DNA of 49,739 nt from contig JBJTNX010000070.1 in NCBI GenBank assembly GCA_046074325.1, positions 1-49,739 of the forward strand, read 5' to 3'. The stretch is from Sphingomonadales bacterium. Its GTDB lineage: Bacteria; Bacteroidota; Bacteroidia; Flavobacteriales_D; Crocinitomicaceae. The first letter of the stretch is position 1. Every line of letters begins with the position of its first letter. The position numbers and the translations under genes are program-made. Under the pieces are notes generated by a model. That model made no database searches. It had not been told where the DNA came from and worked only from the letters and a program-made list of their open reading frames with translations. Positions 36,859 to 45,169 of the stretch are shown here, piece after piece.

Positions 36859-38940
36859 TTAAAAATCTGAAGGTAAAACCTCTTTAGGATTGATTTCCAT
36901 TGTTTTGACCACGCCTGAAAGGGTCATTTTACCCATATTTAGATTAAACGCATGCGCGAATTTAAAACCATTTACTTCTTTGAAATCTGAGAAGGAAGTT
37001 GTCGTTTCAACAATTTCTTCACCTACTTTACGTACGTTGGTAGAACGGATTTTCATGAAGGAGTTCGTGGCAAAATAATCGTAGTTTTCTGCCTGACCGT
37101 CGTTGGTATACAACACATAAGAATCGATACCGTCGATGTTTTCAATTCCCTTGAGTTCGTAGGTCATACCGTTTGCTTTGTAATTGAGCTCAGGAAAAAT
37201 TCCGGTTGCCTTTTGTTTGGCGGCTAGTTCTTCTGCTTTTAAATCTTCTCGCCCCCCTTGCATGCTAAAAGTATATCCTGATTTGCCGTCAAAATAGGAT
37301 TTCTGAAGAACCATTCCCGGCATTTCCATTTTACTTGCTTCTTTGAGACCTTCCCAGAAATAGTCCGTGGAGGTCAGGACGAAAGGAATTTGAGCTGAAC
37401 TTAACTCAGAAACACGTACATAGGATTTGACGGTTTTGATTTTTTTAGCAGCCGCTTTTTTAGAGTTGGTTGAAGTGAGTGCCATTACGTATTTTTCAAT
37501 GAGTTGGTCTGCACTCAAATCTGCTGCTTTTGTTTCTTTTAAAGGTGCTCCGAATGCATCTAGCTTTTCGATTCGGCCATCGCTATCAAAGGGTAATAAC
37601 TTTGGTAGTATTTCTTCATTACCAACGACGATGATATGACAGTTTTTGGCTGTAAAGTATTGTTGAGCCACACGTAAAACATCTTCTTTTGTAATGGCTT
37701 CGAGTTGCTGGAGGTAATTTTGATAATAGTCTGGAGCTAATTTTTGCTTAATCGTGTTGAGTGCAAAACGCGCCACAGTTTGAGGACGCTCCAACGAACG
37801 GGCAAAGCTTCCTGCCATGTTGTTTTTTGTGAGGCTAAGTTCTTCGTCGCTCACGTTGGCTTCGATAATACCTGCAAACTCTTTGAGAATTTCGGTAATG
37901 GCAGAGTCAGTGACCGCATTTTTAAAATTGCCGCCGGCAGACATCCAAGAGCCATTTTCAGTGATGTTCAAAGAAGAGTAGCATCCATAGGTAAAGGCTT
38001 TGTCTTCGCGGAGGTTTTGCATCAGGCGCGTTCCAAAACCACCGCCACCTAATATACCGTTAAGGACAGTAAGTGCGAGTTGGTCTTTGTGTCCGGAGCG
38101 AATATCAATAGGAAAGGTTACGTATACGACAGATTGTACGGCCCCAGGTTTCTTTACAAATATGACACGATTGCCTTTGTCAAACTGACCTTTACCGAGG
38201 TCCGCTTGGTAAACAGGACCACCTTGCCATTTGCCAAAATAACGATTGGCGAGCGCTTCCGTCTGAGCGCGCGTAATGTCGCCGACTACAACAAGGTAGC
38301 TACCTTGTGGTGTAAAAGTCGATTTATAATAGGCAATTAGGTCTTCGCGACTGATGTTTTGTAGGGTGGCTTCGGTCATGATTTCGCCTAGTGGATGACC
38401 AGGAAAGTTGATTGCTCTTGTGGCATTGCTCGCCATTTCTCCGGCATCGGCTTTGGTGGACTGCAGACCAGATAAATTCTGTTTGCGGATGCGTTCGACC
38501 TCGCTTTCAGGAAAACTTGCGTTGTATAAAACATCGGTCATAAGGTCAAGCCCTTTATCGAGGTGTTTGGTGAGGCAAGTCATAGAGATGCCTGTTGAAC
38601 CAGCACCTAGGTTAGCGCCAATAAAATCAATTTCTCGATCGAGTTGATCTTTGCTGCGGTTGGTGGTGCCAGACATCAGTAAAGACCCTGCAAAATCGGC
38701 AAGCCCGGCTTTGTTGCCTTCGATTTTTGGGCTACTGCCCATACTGAGTTCAAAAGAAACTTTCGGAATTTTGTGGTTTTCCGACAAGATGACGGTAATT
38801 CCGTTGGAAAGTGTAAAAACCTGAGATGCAGGAATATTGATTTTTTGAGCTGCAGCTGGCTCAGGTCTTTTGGATCGGTCAATTTGGGCATTTAAGCCAG
38901 TACTGACGATTAATATCAGGAGGAGAAATAGACTTTTCAT
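36859..38940 (-). CDS. M16 (pitrilysin/insulinase) family protein, non-catalytic type, with about 230-aa C-terminal extension
   Basis: 693 aa with a signal peptide and the M16 two-domain layout. No HxxEH motif in the N-terminal region. An extra C-terminal beta-rich region follows the M16 core. Confidence 0.75.
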   Translation of the reverse strand: MKSLFLLLILIVSTGLNAQIDRSKRPEPAAAQKINIPASQVFTLSNGITVILSENHKIPKVSFELSMGSSPKIEGNKAGLADFAGSLLMSGTTNRSKDQLDREIDFIGANLGAGSTGISMTCLTKHLDKGLDLMTDVLYNASFPESEVERIRKQNLSGLQSTKADAGEMASNATRAINFPGHPLGEIMTEATLQNISREDLIAYYKSTFTPQGSYLVVVGDITRAQTEALANRYFGKWQGGPVYQADLGKGQFDKGNRVIFVKKPGAVQSVVYVTFPIDIRSGHKDQLALTVLNGILGGGGFGTRLMQNLREDKAFTYGCYSSLNITENGSWMSAGGNFKNAVTDSAITEILKEFAGIIEANVSDEELSLTKNNMAGSFARSLERPQTVARFALNTIKQKLAPDYYQNYLQQLEAITKEDVLRVAQQYFTAKNCHIIVVGNEEILPKLLPFDSDGRIEKLDAFGAPLKETKAADLSADQLIEKYVMALTSTNSKKAAAKKIKTVKSYVRVSELSSAQIPFVLTSTDYFWEGLKEASKMEMPGMVLQKSYFDGKSGYTFSMQGGREDLKAEELAAKQKATGIFPELNYKANGMTYELKGIENIDGIDSYVLYTNDGQAENYDYFATNSFMKIRSTNVRKVGEEIVETTTSFSDFKEVNGFKFAHAFNLNMGKMTLSGVVKTMEINPKEVLPSDF

Positions 38941-38944
38941 GAGC

Positions 38945-40417
38945 TTATTTTTCTGTTGGGTTTGGTAAGTAATATAATATCACACGCGCTTGTTGCGTAA
39001 GATAGGTATTGGCAACGCGCATGATATCTTCGCGGCTCACCTTTAAGTAGTTTGAAAGTAAGCTGTTCACGCGATCTGCATCGCCGAAATAGACATGATT
39101 GTCGGCAAGGTTTTCAGCAATACCGGCAATACTGGCATTGCTCGAGGCGATATCGTTCTCAAATTTATTGCGCACTTTTTGGAATTCTTCTTCACTGATC
39201 AGTTCAGTTTTAATCAAAGCAATTTGTGCATCAAAGGCGGCAAGTAGGGTATCTAACGAGACTTCTTGTGGAGCTATGGCTGCCATGATGCCGATTCCGG
39301 CGTCTTCTAAACCATAATTGAACGAAAAAGCGTATTGCGCAAGTTCGCGTTTTTCGACAATTTCTTTGTTGATGCGCGATGAACTTCCGCTCGATAAAAC
39401 CTCATTTAGAAATTCCAAAGCATAAGTATCCGGATGTGTTTGCGCCGGCATTTTGTAGCCCATGAATAGGGCAGGTAATTGAATGTTGTCGTAAATGGTA
39501 TCTTTGATAACACCGCTAATTGGCGTAAAATCTTTGTTTGGTCTGTCAATTTTACAACCTTGATTACTCATGTGATTGATGAGTTTTTTGGCTGCTGGTG
39601 CACTGGATGCCATAAAGTTTTTGGCATCAAATTCACTTTTTTCAACGCTATAACGCGCCAAAAATGCAGCATCGTCTAAACTGAGAAAATCTCTGTATAA
39701 ATTGATGGCTTGGCCCTTTGGAATGCTGCCGAAATACTGGGCTATCCATTTTTTGGTTTGCTCAATGTTGATATCACCTGCAATTGAAAGCGTTGCATTG
39801 GACGGCACGTAAAATGTTTTGTAGAAATTAACGTAGTCTTCTTCTTGTGCGGCGTCGAGGTGTTCCATGCTGCCAATTGGAGCCCAATTGTAAGGATGTG
39901 AACTGAATACGCGTTTAAACATTTCTGTAAAGAAAGAACCATACGGTTGATTGTCTACGCGTTGGCGTTTTTCTTCTTTAACTACGCTGCGCTGTGTTTC
40001 AATTCCTTTGAGATCAACTTTAGCGTGAAGCATTCGCTCACTTTCCAACCATAATCCGAGCTCCAATTGGTTGGAAGGGAGTACTTCGTAATAATAAGTT
40101 CTGTCTTGTGAGGTATTTGCGTTGAGTGTGCCGCCATTTTTTTCTACCAACTCGCTGTATTCACCCCTGCCTATATTTGCGCTTCCTTCGAAGAGCAGGT
40201 GTTCAAAAAAGTGAGCAAAGCCCGTTCTGTTGGGGTTTTCATTTTTAGAACCCACATGGTAAAGAACGGAAACCGCAACAATTGGCGTAGCGTGTTCTTC
40301 GTGTAGAATGACATGGAGGCCATTTGGTAAGTCGTAGGACTCATAGGTGATTTTTTGTTGGGCCCATGCAAAGGTGCTCCCGAACAAAATAAAACCTGTT
40401 AAAATTGATTTTTTCAT
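38945..40417 (-). CDS. M16 family zinc metallopeptidase (catalytic, HxxEH)
   Basis: 490 aa with a signal peptide. Inverted zinc motif GFAHFFEHLLFEGS. Confidence 0.85.
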   Translation of the reverse strand: MKKSILTGFILFGSTFAWAQQKITYESYDLPNGLHVILHEEHATPIVAVSVLYHVGSKNENPNRTGFAHFFEHLLFEGSANIGRGEYSELVEKNGGTLNANTSQDRTYYYEVLPSNQLELGLWLESERMLHAKVDLKGIETQRSVVKEEKRQRVDNQPYGSFFTEMFKRVFSSHPYNWAPIGSMEHLDAAQEEDYVNFYKTFYVPSNATLSIAGDINIEQTKKWIAQYFGSIPKGQAINLYRDFLSLDDAAFLARYSVEKSEFDAKNFMASSAPAAKKLINHMSNQGCKIDRPNKDFTPISGVIKDTIYDNIQLPALFMGYKMPAQTHPDTYALEFLNEVLSSGSSSRINKEIVEKRELAQYAFSFNYGLEDAGIGIMAAIAPQEVSLDTLLAAFDAQIALIKTELISEEEFQKVRNKFENDIASSNASIAGIAENLADNHVYFGDADRVNSLLSNYLKVSREDIMRVANTYLTQQARVILYYLPNPTEK

Positions 40418-40467
40418 AGTCTTTTGGATAAGCGCTACTAAGTTAAGGGTATTGGCCTAAATTTTGG

Positions 40468-40475
40468 TAACTTTG
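40468..40475 (+). promoter_or_regulatory. -7 box TAACTTTG, 4 nt upstream of the ATG at 40480 (leaderless geometry)
   Basis: TAACTTTG-GTAA-ATG on the plus strand. Confidence 0.4.
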
Positions 40476-40479
40476 GTAA

Positions 40480-41574
40480 ATGCCTTTGAAAAGTTTATTT
40501 TTTTTGATTGTACTAGTTGGCTTTGCACCGCTCGCCATAAGGGCGCAAGGTATTGTGCCTACCATGGACTTCAACAACTATTTTGTCTCATTTCAAGATG
40601 GTTTTTTCCGACCTGTCGAAATACAGCCAATCGTCAACTATAAAGCTGGCGACGAAATCGTGGCATACATTGACACCCGTGGCAATCTTAAAATTTACGA
40701 TGGCAAACAGCGTATTGACGTCACCACACTCAATGTTGATTACCAGGTTTCTGATCACCTCATGGCCTATAGAATTGCCAATGGTTTGCGCATGTGGGAC
40801 GCCGGTAAATTTACGGTACTGACCAACTTTGGTCGCGACTTCATTGTCAAAGACAGCCTTATCGTCTATGAGGACACCCGTTACCAATCCTTAAATGTCT
40901 ATTGGAATCAAAAAATGGAGAGCTTGGTAACCATTACAAATGGCTTATCCATGAATGCCAGGGTCGGTGAGAACCTAGTGGTTTATAGAGACAACAGCAA
41001 TACCTATTTTGTCTACTGGATGGGCCAAAAATTTGAAGTCGGTACCTATAACGAAGAAGTGCTGGATTTTCAGCTGGGCACTGATGTCATGTGTTTTAAA
41101 GATCCGTATACGCAATCATTTTTCGTGTTTGACAAAGGCAATTTTGTCGAGCTCGAATCTTTTCCTATCAAGAAATACAAAGCAGGCCGCGGATTTGTGG
41201 TCTACGAAGACATGAATGGCAACCTTTGGCATTATCAGAATGGTCAAAAAACAGCGCTTTCTAATTTTTCAACAGATCATTGGGATGTCAAGGACGACAT
41301 CTGTGTTTGGATGGAAAACTCTTATTTCTTTGCTTATTCCAACAATGAGCGCATTCAAGTAGCCACCTATCAGCCACAACAATACATGCTCAAAAACAAC
41401 GTTTTGGTATTTCGCAATATCATTGGTGGTACTTCGGCTTTGGTCGATGGCGTTTTACACGACATCACCAATTTCCAAAATGCAGAGTTTGATATTTATG
41501 GAAATAAAGTGTTGGTCAAACTTCCCAATCTTACTTCCATCGTATTTGCAAACGGTAGAATTTATTCCAATTAA
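40480..41574 (+). CDS. Secreted hypothetical protein built from about 8-9 degenerate 35-45 aa beta repeats
   Basis: 364 aa with a signal peptide. Recurrent units such as IVAYIDTRGNLKIYDGKQ, LMAYRIANGLRMWDAGKF, LIVYEDTRYQSLNVYWNQK, LVVYRDNSNTYFVYWMGQKF, VMCFKDPYTQSFFVFDKGNF, FVVYEDMNGNLWHYQNGQK. Confidence 0.6.
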   Translation: MPLKSLFFLIVLVGFAPLAIRAQGIVPTMDFNNYFVSFQDGFFRPVEIQPIVNYKAGDEIVAYIDTRGNLKIYDGKQRIDVTTLNVDYQVSDHLMAYRIANGLRMWDAGKFTVLTNFGRDFIVKDSLIVYEDTRYQSLNVYWNQKMESLVTITNGLSMNARVGENLVVYRDNSNTYFVYWMGQKFEVGTYNEEVLDFQLGTDVMCFKDPYTQSFFVFDKGNFVELESFPIKKYKAGRGFVVYEDMNGNLWHYQNGQKTALSNFSTDHWDVKDDICVWMENSYFFAYSNNERIQVATYQPQQYMLKNNVLVFRNIIGGTSALVDGVLHDITNFQNAEFDIYGNKVLVKLPNLTSIVFANGRIYSN

Positions 41575-42266
41575 TGTTCCGCTCTCTTGTATTGTTTGTG
41601 GTCTTCTTTTTAGCAGCTAACGCGATAGCTCAAGATACCAAAATAGAGACACTCAAGCAATTATATGGCCAAGGCTATTACAAGATGGTTTATCGTCGGG
41701 CAGGAAGACTGCTCATGAACCCTGCCTACGACAATCGAAAAGAGCCCAGTCAATACCGTAAACTCGCCATTCAAGAATTGGCCAAAAATCCGAAATGGGC
41801 CAAAAGACATTCGTTGGAAATTGAATGGATGGAAAAACCAAAAACCGCAGCTTCCAATGAAAAGGCAACCGAACAATTCGCCACCGAAACACGGCAGCTT
41901 TTAGATGAGGCTCAGCTTTATTTGGGTGTTCCTTATAAAGCGGCCGGCAATGACCCCACTGGTTTTGATTGCAGTGGATTTACGTGCTATGTCTTTGAAA
42001 AACAAGGGGTAAAATTACCTCGGCGCGCTGCAGATCAATTTACATATTGTCAACCAATTAGTGCGCAAGAGGCAAAAGCCGGTGATCTGGTGTTTTTTTC
42101 AAACGGAGCGGAAGTGAATCATGTTGGAATACTGACTTCTGCAAAAAATGAACCCAAACAAATGATACACGCTAGTTCAAGTATAGGTATCTCAATTGTG
42201 AACATCGAGCAATCCACCTATTGGCAGGGTCGAATTGTTGGGTATGGCCGCGTAATAAACCATTAA
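41574..42266 (+). CDS. NlpC/P60 (C40) family cell-wall peptidase
   Basis: 230 aa with a signal peptide. C-terminal catalytic domain YLGVPYKAAGNDPTGFDCSGFTCYVF...GDLVFF...HVGI. TAATG overlap with the upstream gene. Confidence 0.8.
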   Translation: MFRSLVLFVVFFLAANAIAQDTKIETLKQLYGQGYYKMVYRRAGRLLMNPAYDNRKEPSQYRKLAIQELAKNPKWAKRHSLEIEWMEKPKTAASNEKATEQFATETRQLLDEAQLYLGVPYKAAGNDPTGFDCSGFTCYVFEKQGVKLPRRAADQFTYCQPISAQEAKAGDLVFFSNGAEVNHVGILTSAKNEPKQMIHASSSIGISIVNIEQSTYWQGRIVGYGRVINH

Positions 42267-42754
42267 TGGCTTTTTGATGCGCGCATGATTGCGATCAGAT
42301 AAACGAGTAAACCGAGTAGTTCAAAACAGAGGCCAGGAAAGAAAAAACGAGGATTGGCGGTAGTGCCAAGAAGTATGTATAAAACCGAGGCTATTGCAAG
42401 TAGTACAATGCTTTGTTTTTGTTGACTCTTTGCTGCAATTAAGCATGTGGTAGATAAAAGCATTGGAACCAATAACAAGAGCAAATTCGGCTGATGCGGA
42501 TCTTGTAGATTAAACACAAAAAAGTAACACACACCGTGCAATGCCATGAGTCCAATTTGGATGCTGCTAATCCATTTTGGTTTCGCTGGACTCAATTTGG
42601 CCATAAGCGCAATGACGGTAAGAAACGGAAATAAAAATAATTTGCTTCCCCAACCTAAAAAATCCCAGTTGTAAATATTCCACACCGAAAATAAGCTCAG
42701 TAATCCAAAGCCAAGTGTCAAAGCGGTTAATATTTTAGCTTGGGTTATTTTCAT
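42263..42754 (-). CDS. Hypothetical 5-TM membrane protein
   Basis: 163 aa, hydrophobic throughout. ATGA overlap with the upstream arginase-family gene. Confidence 0.5.
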   Translation of the reverse strand: MKITQAKILTALTLGFGLLSLFSVWNIYNWDFLGWGSKLFLFPFLTVIALMAKLSPAKPKWISSIQIGLMALHGVCYFFVFNLQDPHQPNLLLLLVPMLLSTTCLIAAKSQQKQSIVLLAIASVLYILLGTTANPRFFFPGLCFELLGLLVYLIAIMRASKSH

Positions 42755-43794
42755 GCGTGTTGTCTTCTACTGAGTTCAGTGGCACATACCAAATGCCACA
42801 ATGCCCGAGCGCCAACATTGGCATCCCAATCACCGTCTGGGCCTGGGGCAACTTCATTGAGGTCAAAACCAATGATTTGTCTGCCACTGCGCACGAGCTC
42901 AAAAAAAAGAAAAGCTATTTGCTGGAGTTCAAAACCACCCGCAACTGGCGTTCCTGTGTGCGGACACAAACTGGGGGTAAGGCCGTCAATGTCGAAAGAG
43001 ATATAAACCTTATTCGGAAGAGTGGCAATGATTTGCTGTACTTGTTCAGCCCAATTTTTACCTTGGTAAGCTTCGTTTTTAAGGTCCCAATCGTAAAAAG
43101 TATGTACTCTTGGGTCGTTGGCGGCTAATTCAATTTCTTTTTCAGAAACATCCCGGATACCTACTTGCGTGAGGCCAACCAAGTTGTTGAGCTCTTTGAG
43201 TGCATTGTACATGATACTTGCATGCGATTGTTCAAAACCTTCGTAGGCATTGCGGAGGTCGGCATGTGCGTCGATTTGAAGTATTGCAAATGCGTCGTGG
43301 TGTGTATTTAGGGCTTGCAGTAAACCGAGTGGCGTAGAGTGTTCGCCGCCCAAAACACACGGTATTTTGCCGGCTGCCAATAATGCCGTACAACGCTCTT
43401 TTAAATTTTCGCGGAGTGCCCGATGCGCTTCATTGATTTCGTGGATGGTTTCTTTATAACGCAACTGTGCAATTTCTTCACCAACTTCTTCGAGATATGC
43501 GATGTACTCCATGCCTTTTTCACAAAGGCGGTCGTTGATTTGTAACCAATCCAAAGAAACCGGTGACATGTAAATTTTGGTATCGTAGGCACGCGGTAGA
43601 TCTGGGTGAAAAAAATCGAGTTGGGTAGAGGCATCTAAGATGGCTTGAGGGCCTTTGCTGGTTCCTTTACCATAAGAGGCGGTGGCGTCCCAAGGTACAG
43701 GAATCAGTACCAAATCTGCTTCTGTTTCAGAATAGGGAAAACCAAAAATATTGCCATTGGCAATTCCTACACCGTTTGGATCAAAATTACTCAT
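42751..43794 (-). CDS. Arginase/agmatinase/formimidoylglutamase family (ureohydrolase) protein
   Basis: 347 aa. Mn-ligand motifs GGEHS, QIDAHADLR and SFDIDGL are all present. Confidence 0.8.
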   Translation of the reverse strand: MSNFDPNGVGIANGNIFGFPYSETEADLVLIPVPWDATASYGKGTSKGPQAILDASTQLDFFHPDLPRAYDTKIYMSPVSLDWLQINDRLCEKGMEYIAYLEEVGEEIAQLRYKETIHEINEAHRALRENLKERCTALLAAGKIPCVLGGEHSTPLGLLQALNTHHDAFAILQIDAHADLRNAYEGFEQSHASIMYNALKELNNLVGLTQVGIRDVSEKEIELAANDPRVHTFYDWDLKNEAYQGKNWAEQVQQIIATLPNKVYISFDIDGLTPSLCPHTGTPVAGGFELQQIAFLFFELVRSGRQIIGFDLNEVAPGPDGDWDANVGARALWHLVCATELSRRQHA

Positions 43795-44608
43795 TGATAT
43801 TTTGTTTGAGGTAAGCGGCTACGGCTTTGCGAACAGAACCGTGCGCGAGTAGCCATTCCTGTGCAATGTGCTGATCAATCTGTAGTTCAGAGGCAACCAT
43901 TCTTGCCCCACGCTCCACGAGTTTTTCGTTCGAAAGCTGCATATCGACCATTTTGTTTCCTTTTACATGACCTAGTTTGATCATGAGACTCGTTGAAATC
44001 ATGTTGAGGACTAACTTCTGAGCGGTGCCTGATTTCATACGGGTGCTGCCCGTGACAAATTCGGGCCCAACAATAGGGCACAATGCGTGCTGTGCTGTTT
44101 GAGACAGCGGTGAGTTGGGGTTGCAAGAGATTCCGGCTGTGAGCAATCCGGTTGTATTTGCGGTTTGCAAGGCGCCTAGAACATACGGGGTTGTGCCGGA
44201 AGCCGCAATGCCCACAATGGTATCGAGTACAGTTGGGTTGTATTCAAGGATATCTTTCCAACCTTGTTCTGTGTCGTCTTCGGCAAATTCGACCGCTTTG
44301 CGAATTGCGGTATCGCCGCCGGCAATTAAGCCCACGACTCGACCGTGGTCTACACCAAAAGTAGGCGGGCATTCACTGGCGTCTACAATGCCAAGACGCC
44401 CGCTTGTGCCGGCGCCAAGATAGAAAAGACGTCCACCTTGTTGCATGCGCTGAAAACACGCTTCGACAAACGCTTCAATTTGTGGAATAATTTGAGCTAC
44501 AGCCTGCGGTACTAACTGATCTTGAGAATTGATACCCTCAAGCAGTTCGCGGGTACTCATTTGTTCGAGGTTGTTAAAAACCGAATTCGCTTCAGTGATT
44601 TTTTCCAT
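43787..44608 (-). CDS. murQ: N-acetylmuramic acid 6-phosphate etherase
   Basis: 273 aa. SIS domain with YLGAGTSGRLGIVDASECPPTFG and TGSTRMKSGTAQK, as in MurQ. Confidence 0.9.
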   Translation of the reverse strand: MEKITEANSVFNNLEQMSTRELLEGINSQDQLVPQAVAQIIPQIEAFVEACFQRMQQGGRLFYLGAGTSGRLGIVDASECPPTFGVDHGRVVGLIAGGDTAIRKAVEFAEDDTEQGWKDILEYNPTVLDTIVGIAASGTTPYVLGALQTANTTGLLTAGISCNPNSPLSQTAQHALCPIVGPEFVTGSTRMKSGTAQKLVLNMISTSLMIKLGHVKGNKMVDMQLSNEKLVERGARMVASELQIDQHIAQEWLLAHGSVRKAVAAYLKQNINE

Positions 44609-45102
44609 TAGTACAAAAATACTTTAGCATCCGTAGCGTTGAAATCTACCTCGACATGGTTCTTGAGGGTGGTTGACAGGCTTAGGCCTGCAAAATCTGT
44701 TTTGATCGGATAGCGTCTGTGCTGACGGTCAATAAGAGCCACTGTTTTTATGGCGGTAGTGGCTTGTTCCAAAAACTTAAGTAGGGCGTATTGCATGGTT
44801 TTGCCGCTATTCACGACATCATCAATTAAAACGATGTATGCGTTTTTGAGCGCTTTTTGATCAATAGAGAAACTGATGGGCTCACTCCAAGGTTCATCTT
44901 TGTTGAGTTTGATCTCAAAACAAATAACTTTTAGCGAGCTGTTTTCTGCAATTACATTTGCCAATTGCTGGGCAAGAAGATAGCCGTTCCCGACGATGCC
45001 ACCTAAATAAATTTCTTTTTGATCAAAGGCTGTTTCGATGAGCTGATGACCGAGTCGGACAATTTTTTGCTGAATTTGTTGCTGACTAAGGATGGTTTGC
45101 AT
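44608..45102 (-). CDS. pyrR: PyrR-like phosphoribosyltransferase (pyr regulator/UPRTase family)
   Basis: Start chosen at ATG 45102 (MQTILSQQQI...). PRPP motif IVLIDDVVNSGKT and ALIDRQHRRYPIKTDFAG parallel Bacillus PyrR. Confidence 0.65.
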   Translation of the reverse strand: MQTILSQQQIQQKIVRLGHQLIETAFDQKEIYLGGIVGNGYLLAQQLANVIAENSSLKVICFEIKLNKDEPWSEPISFSIDQKALKNAYIVLIDDVVNSGKTMQYALLKFLEQATTAIKTVALIDRQHRRYPIKTDFAGLSLSTTLKNHVEVDFNATDAKVFLY

Positions 45103-45106
45103 ACAA

Positions 45107-45114
45107 CAAAGATA
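45107..45114 (-). promoter_or_regulatory. -7 box TATCTTTG (minus strand), 4 nt upstream of the pyrR-like ATG (leaderless geometry)
   Basis: Minus strand reads TATCTTTG-TTGT-ATG, the same TTTGTTGTATG junction as at dnaB. Confidence 0.4.
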
Positions 45115-45123
45115 AACAAACAC

Positions 45124-45155
45124 AAAAAAGGCCGCTCGATTGGGCGGCCTTTTTT
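45124..45155 (-). terminator. Bidirectional rho-independent terminator downstream of the riboswitch-controlled gene
   Basis: AAAAAAGGCCGC-loop-GCGGCCTTTTTT: a 7-bp GC-rich stem flanked by an A-run and a T-run, 15 nt after the stop at 45170. Confidence 0.8.
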
Positions 45156-45169
45156 GTGTTTGTTATTTT

